The notes under the pieces were generated by a model, which was not told the DNA's origin, ran no database searches, and saw only the letters and a program-made list of their open reading frames with translations. A DNA stretch of 20,000 nucleotides from Candidatus Woesearchaeota archaeon. Lineage in GTDB: Archaea; Nanobdellota; Nanobdellia; Woesearchaeales; ARS49. This document shows, in pieces, positions 17,490 through 20,000 of the stretch (position 1 is the stretch's first letter; every line of letters starts with the position of its first letter). The DNA lies in contig JACPID010000003.1 of assembly GCA_016188265.1 (NCBI GenBank), forward strand, positions 61,070 to 81,069, in the 5' to 3' direction. Position numbers and translations under genes: made by a program.

Positions 17490-17963
17490 ATGGATAAAAA
17501 GGATATGACAATTTTATCTTGTTTAAGACAGGATGGAAGAATGTCTTTAACAGAGCTTTCAAAAAGTACTGGAATTCCAGTATCAACAGCACACGATAGG
17601 CTTAAACACACACAAGGTTTTTTATTTCAAAAATACACTATTGTACTAAACTATAGCAATATTGGTTTTTCAACAAGAGCAATTATTTTTGTTAAATCAA
17701 CAAGCATCAAACGAGATGATCTTAAAGATTTTCTTTCTAAACACCCGCATATAAATTCACTTTATAGTGTTAATAATGACTTTGATTACTGTTTTGAATG
17801 CATTTTCAAAGATATTGGTGAAATGGAATTTTTTATTCAAGCAATCAGCGATAAATTTCAAATTAAAAAAAAAGAAATCCATTACATCTTAAAAGAACAT
17901 TCAAGAGAAAAATTCTTTTCTGACTTTGAAACAGCAAAAATGATGGCAGAAGGGAATTTATGA
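17490..17963 (+). CDS. Lrp/AsnC family transcriptional regulator
   Basis: MDKKDMTILSCLRQDGRMSLTELSKSTGIPVSTAHDRLK HTH and a C-terminal RAM domain (NSLYSVNNDFDY). SD GGAGGT at 17476-17481. Confidence 0.93.
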   Translation: MDKKDMTILSCLRQDGRMSLTELSKSTGIPVSTAHDRLKHTQGFLFQKYTIVLNYSNIGFSTRAIIFVKSTSIKRDDLKDFLSKHPHINSLYSVNNDFDYCFECIFKDIGEMEFFIQAISDKFQIKKKEIHYILKEHSREKFFSDFETAKMMAEGNL

Positions 17964-17997
17964 TGATAGAAGTGCAAAAACAATCTTGTACATAACC

Positions 17998-18050
17998 GAA
18001 AGATTTAAATATTTCCACTATTTTGGAATGATTATTCCTTTTTAATGGAA
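17998..18050 (+). promoter_or_regulatory. BRE-TATA followed by two tandem TTCC-N8-GGAA palindromic operators
   Basis: GAAAGA-TTTAAATA (17998-18011); TTCCactattttGGAA (18013-18028) and TTCCtttttaatGGAA (18035-18050), 22-bp period. Confidence 0.65.
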
Positions 18051-18051
18051 A

Positions 18052-18669
18052 ATGCTGACGAAAGAATACACATTATTAGAACTGTTTGTAAAAGAGCCTT
18101 GGAAAAAACTAACTTTCAAACAAGTTAAAACACTGTCTAAGCAAAAATCAGACAATTATGTACACACTAGACTAAAGAAATTGGTTAAAGAAGAAATTCT
18201 CAAGGAAGAAAGAGTAGGAAACAACATACTCTACAAAGTGAATAATAACGTAAATTCATTAAATATGCTCGGTTTCGTAGCAGAATTTATAGCTTTAAAA
18301 GATAAACACATTCCTAGAAAAAATATTGAAAAAATCGCCAATAAAATCAAAACACCATACTTTACATTAATAATCACTGGAAGTTATGCTAAGAAACAGC
18401 ATAAACAAACATCTGACTTAGATATAGTAATCATTTGTGACTATAAACAAAATCCTGACCAAATACTATCACAAATTAAAACTGAAGCAGAAATGATGAT
18501 TCCTGAAATTCATCCACATGTATTCACACAAGCACAATTTTATGAAATGCTAACAAACAAAGAAGAAAATTATGGCAAAGAGACAGCAAGACACAACCTA
18601 ATAATAACCGGAGCAAAACAATATCTCTCAATCATGATGGAGGCGATAAATCATGGATTCGATGGCTAA
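18052..18669 (+). CDS. Winged-HTH plus minimal nucleotidyltransferase (MNT/MntA-like antitoxin)
   Basis: N-terminal wHTH (LKKLVKEEILKEERVGNNILY) and GS-x10-DLD motif (TGSYAKKQHKQTSDLDIVII). Confidence 0.88.
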   Translation: MLTKEYTLLELFVKEPWKKLTFKQVKTLSKQKSDNYVHTRLKKLVKEEILKEERVGNNILYKVNNNVNSLNMLGFVAEFIALKDKHIPRKNIEKIANKIKTPYFTLIITGSYAKKQHKQTSDLDIVIICDYKQNPDQILSQIKTEAEMMIPEIHPHVFTQAQFYEMLTNKEENYGKETARHNLIITGAKQYLSIMMEAINHGFDG

Positions 18670-19129
18670 AATATATCTACAAAGAGCCTTGAATGAAATA
18701 AGTGCTGCAAAAATATTATTTGAAGTGTCAAATGATTTGAAGAAAAAACAATTATTTCAACTTGAAGAAGAAACAACCTTCTACAGCTCAGTAATTTCAC
18801 ACGCATACTATTCAATATTCTATTCAGCAAAAGCAATATTATTAACTAAAGGAATTAAAACAAGCACCCCTGAGATCCACAAACAAACATTTGAAGCATT
18901 CAAAAAAGAATTTATTGATAATGGATTTCTAGACGTAGAACTACTAAACATTTACAAGAAAATGATAATAAGAGCAGATGAATTATTGCAAATCTTTAGA
19001 GATGAAAAATGGAAAAGAGGACACTACACATATCAAACTATTCCGCAAGCTAATCAAAAACCTTCTGAAGACTCTATACAAAATGCCATATTCTTTGTAA
19101 AACACATAAAGGCAATTGTTGAAAAATAA
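18653..19129 (+). CDS. HEPN domain protein (UPF0332-like), partner of the MNT; start may be 18662
   Basis: YLQRALNEI, HAYYSIFYSAKAILL, H in EIHK, and R-x4-Y (RGHYTY). Overlaps the MNT stop. Confidence 0.85.
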   Translation: MDSMAKIYLQRALNEISAAKILFEVSNDLKKKQLFQLEEETTFYSSVISHAYYSIFYSAKAILLTKGIKTSTPEIHKQTFEAFKKEFIDNGFLDVELLNIYKKMIIRADELLQIFRDEKWKRGHYTYQTIPQANQKPSEDSIQNAIFFVKHIKAIVEK

Positions 19130-19153
19130 AATAACATTTAGTAATTCTTTCTT

Positions 19154-19204
19154 TTTTAGTACGCACCATAAAAAGTGTCCTACAAATTATGGCGCGCACT
19201 AAAA
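19154..19204. repeat. Hairpin H5 (18-bp inverted repeat with two A.C mismatches, 15-nt loop)
   Basis: TTTTAGTACGCACCATAA - aaagtgtcctacaaa - TTATGGCGCGCACTAAAA. Confidence 0.85.
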
Positions 19205-19233
19205 TAACATCTGTGAGTTTTCTCTTAGAGTAA

Positions 19234-19274
19234 TGCCAGACATAAATAATTATACAAAATAGTTATGTCTGGCA
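19234..19274. repeat. Hairpin H3 (12-bp perfect inverted repeat, 17-nt loop)
   Basis: TGCCAGACATAA - ataattatacaaaatag - TTATGTCTGGCA. Confidence 0.92.
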
Positions 19275-19277
19275 GAC

Positions 19278-19321
19278 TTAGTAACTGACAAGAATTGTAC
19301 AAATAATATGTCAGTTACTAA
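19278..19321. repeat. Hairpin H4 (13-bp perfect inverted repeat, 18-nt loop)
   Basis: TTAGTAACTGACA - agaattgtacaaataata - TGTCAGTTACTAA. Confidence 0.92.
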
Positions 19322-19326
19322 ACATA

Positions 19327-19373
19327 GAAATATTTATATAACAAAACCAGTTATTAGTATTGAAAGAGAGGTG
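19327..19373 (+). promoter_or_regulatory. BRE-TATA and Shine-Dalgarno for the pilin gene at 19379
   Basis: GAAATA-TTTATATA (19327-19340) and GAGGTG (19368-19373). Confidence 0.65.
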
Positions 19374-19378
19374 TTATT

Positions 19379-19681
19379 ATGATGAAGAAAGGACAGCTCA
19401 CAGTTAATACAATAATAGTAGCTGCACTAGCAGTAACTGTTTTAATAGTACTTTTTGCAATATTTACTGGAAGAATAAGAGTGCTTCCTGAAGAAACAGC
19501 AAAAACAGAAGCTAAAGTAAGAGCAGCTACTTGCAGTGCACAAAATGGATATTGTGTTTCATCTGAAGAAGAATGTCCTGAAGAAGGTTATGAACGAAAA
19601 AGTGCTCCACTGCAAGGCTGGTTGGATTGTCCTAATGCTAAAACAGACTTGTGTTGCAGACCTACACCTGTTGAGGAATAA
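19379..19681 (+). CDS. Small type IV pilin-like protein with six-Cys head
   Basis: MMKKG|QLTVNTIIVAALAVTVLIVLFAIF class III signal; C-x6-C-x6-C-x17-C-x7-CC. Confidence 0.85.
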   Translation: MMKKGQLTVNTIIVAALAVTVLIVLFAIFTGRIRVLPEETAKTEAKVRAATCSAQNGYCVSSEEECPEEGYERKSAPLQGWLDCPNAKTDLCCRPTPVEE

Positions 19682-19700
19682 TTTTTAATTATTTTTTTTT
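19682..19700 (+). terminator. T-rich tract, possible archaeal terminator/attenuator between pilin genes
   Basis: TTTTTAATTATTTTTTTTT directly after the stop codon. Confidence 0.35.
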
Positions 19701-19703
19701 AAC

Positions 19704-20000
19704 ATGAGAAAAGGAGTTATTTCAATTGAAGTACTTATTGTTGTTGTTTTAGCTATTATTGTGCTTATTGTACTTGGAGGTTATTTTGTTCAAAAGTTCA
19801 GAGCAACAACTGAACAAGCAGAAAAACCTATTGAAAGCATTGAAAAACAAACATGTGCTTATTATAATGGTGGTTGCTATAATTCTTGTGATCCTTCACA
19901 ACAGCTTAAAGTTCCAAGACCATCTTCTGGCAGGTGGATAGATTGTGGTTTAAAAGAATGTTGCGTTTCACTTGAAAAATTAAAAATTCCCAAAACTGAA
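19704..20000 (+). CDS. Second small pilin-like paralog with six-Cys head (3' partial; not in the ORF track)
   Basis: Manual translation: MRKG|VISIEVLIVVVLAIIVLIVLGGYFVQKF...TCAYYNGGCYNSCDPSQQLKVPRPSSGRWIDCGLKECCVSLEKLKIPKTE, open to the window end. Confidence 0.85.
   Translation, partial: MRKGVISIEVLIVVVLAIIVLIVLGGYFVQKFRATTEQAEKPIESIEKQTCAYYNGGCYNSCDPSQQLKVPRPSSGRWIDCGLKECCVSLEKLKIPKTE

Noticed and set aside
17960..17995. Mini-ORF MMIEVQKQSCT overlapping the Lrp stop (ATGA)
   Set aside because: Could be a remnant of a gene displaced by the MNT-HEPN module, but 11 codons cannot be distinguished from chance.
19234..19321. Hairpins as bacterial rho-independent terminators or DGR stem-loops
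   Set aside because: Loops are 17-18 nt with no adjacent U-tract after H3/H4. No reverse transcriptase or TR/VR pair differing at adenines was seen.
19759..19941. 60-aa ORF in the track
   Set aside because: Out-of-frame shadow of the real pilin-like gene starting at 19704.
1..20000. tRNA, rRNA, RNase P RNA, IS elements
   Set aside because: No GC-rich structured RNA-length segment, cloverleaf or transposase ORF was recognised; the intergenic gaps are short and accounted for.

Overview
AT-rich archaeal DNA, most like a DPANN (Woesearchaeota-type) genome. This lineage call is inferred from TATA-box promoters, Rpp30, class III signal peptides and Cys-rich surface proteins. The left end holds a partial conserved gene (missed by the ORF track), a TtuA/Ncs6-type tRNA thiolase, RNase P Rpp30 and a small Cys-repeat membrane protein. 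The middle is an ~11.3 kb tightly coupled operon (2652-13938) with two very large Cys-rich secreted/surface proteins and five type IV pilin-like proteins. An accessory block follows: VapBC, a membrane-anchored APH-like kinase, AbrB-PhoU and Lrp regulators, and a wHTH-MNT/HEPN pair. The right end begins a second set of small pilin-like genes whose heads have beta-defensin-like six-Cys spacing; one is missed by the ORF track. The main unexplained signal is a family of five 41-51 bp intergenic hairpins with largely unrelated stems but a conserved 15-18 nt loop, found only upstream of the two pilin/surface gene clusters.
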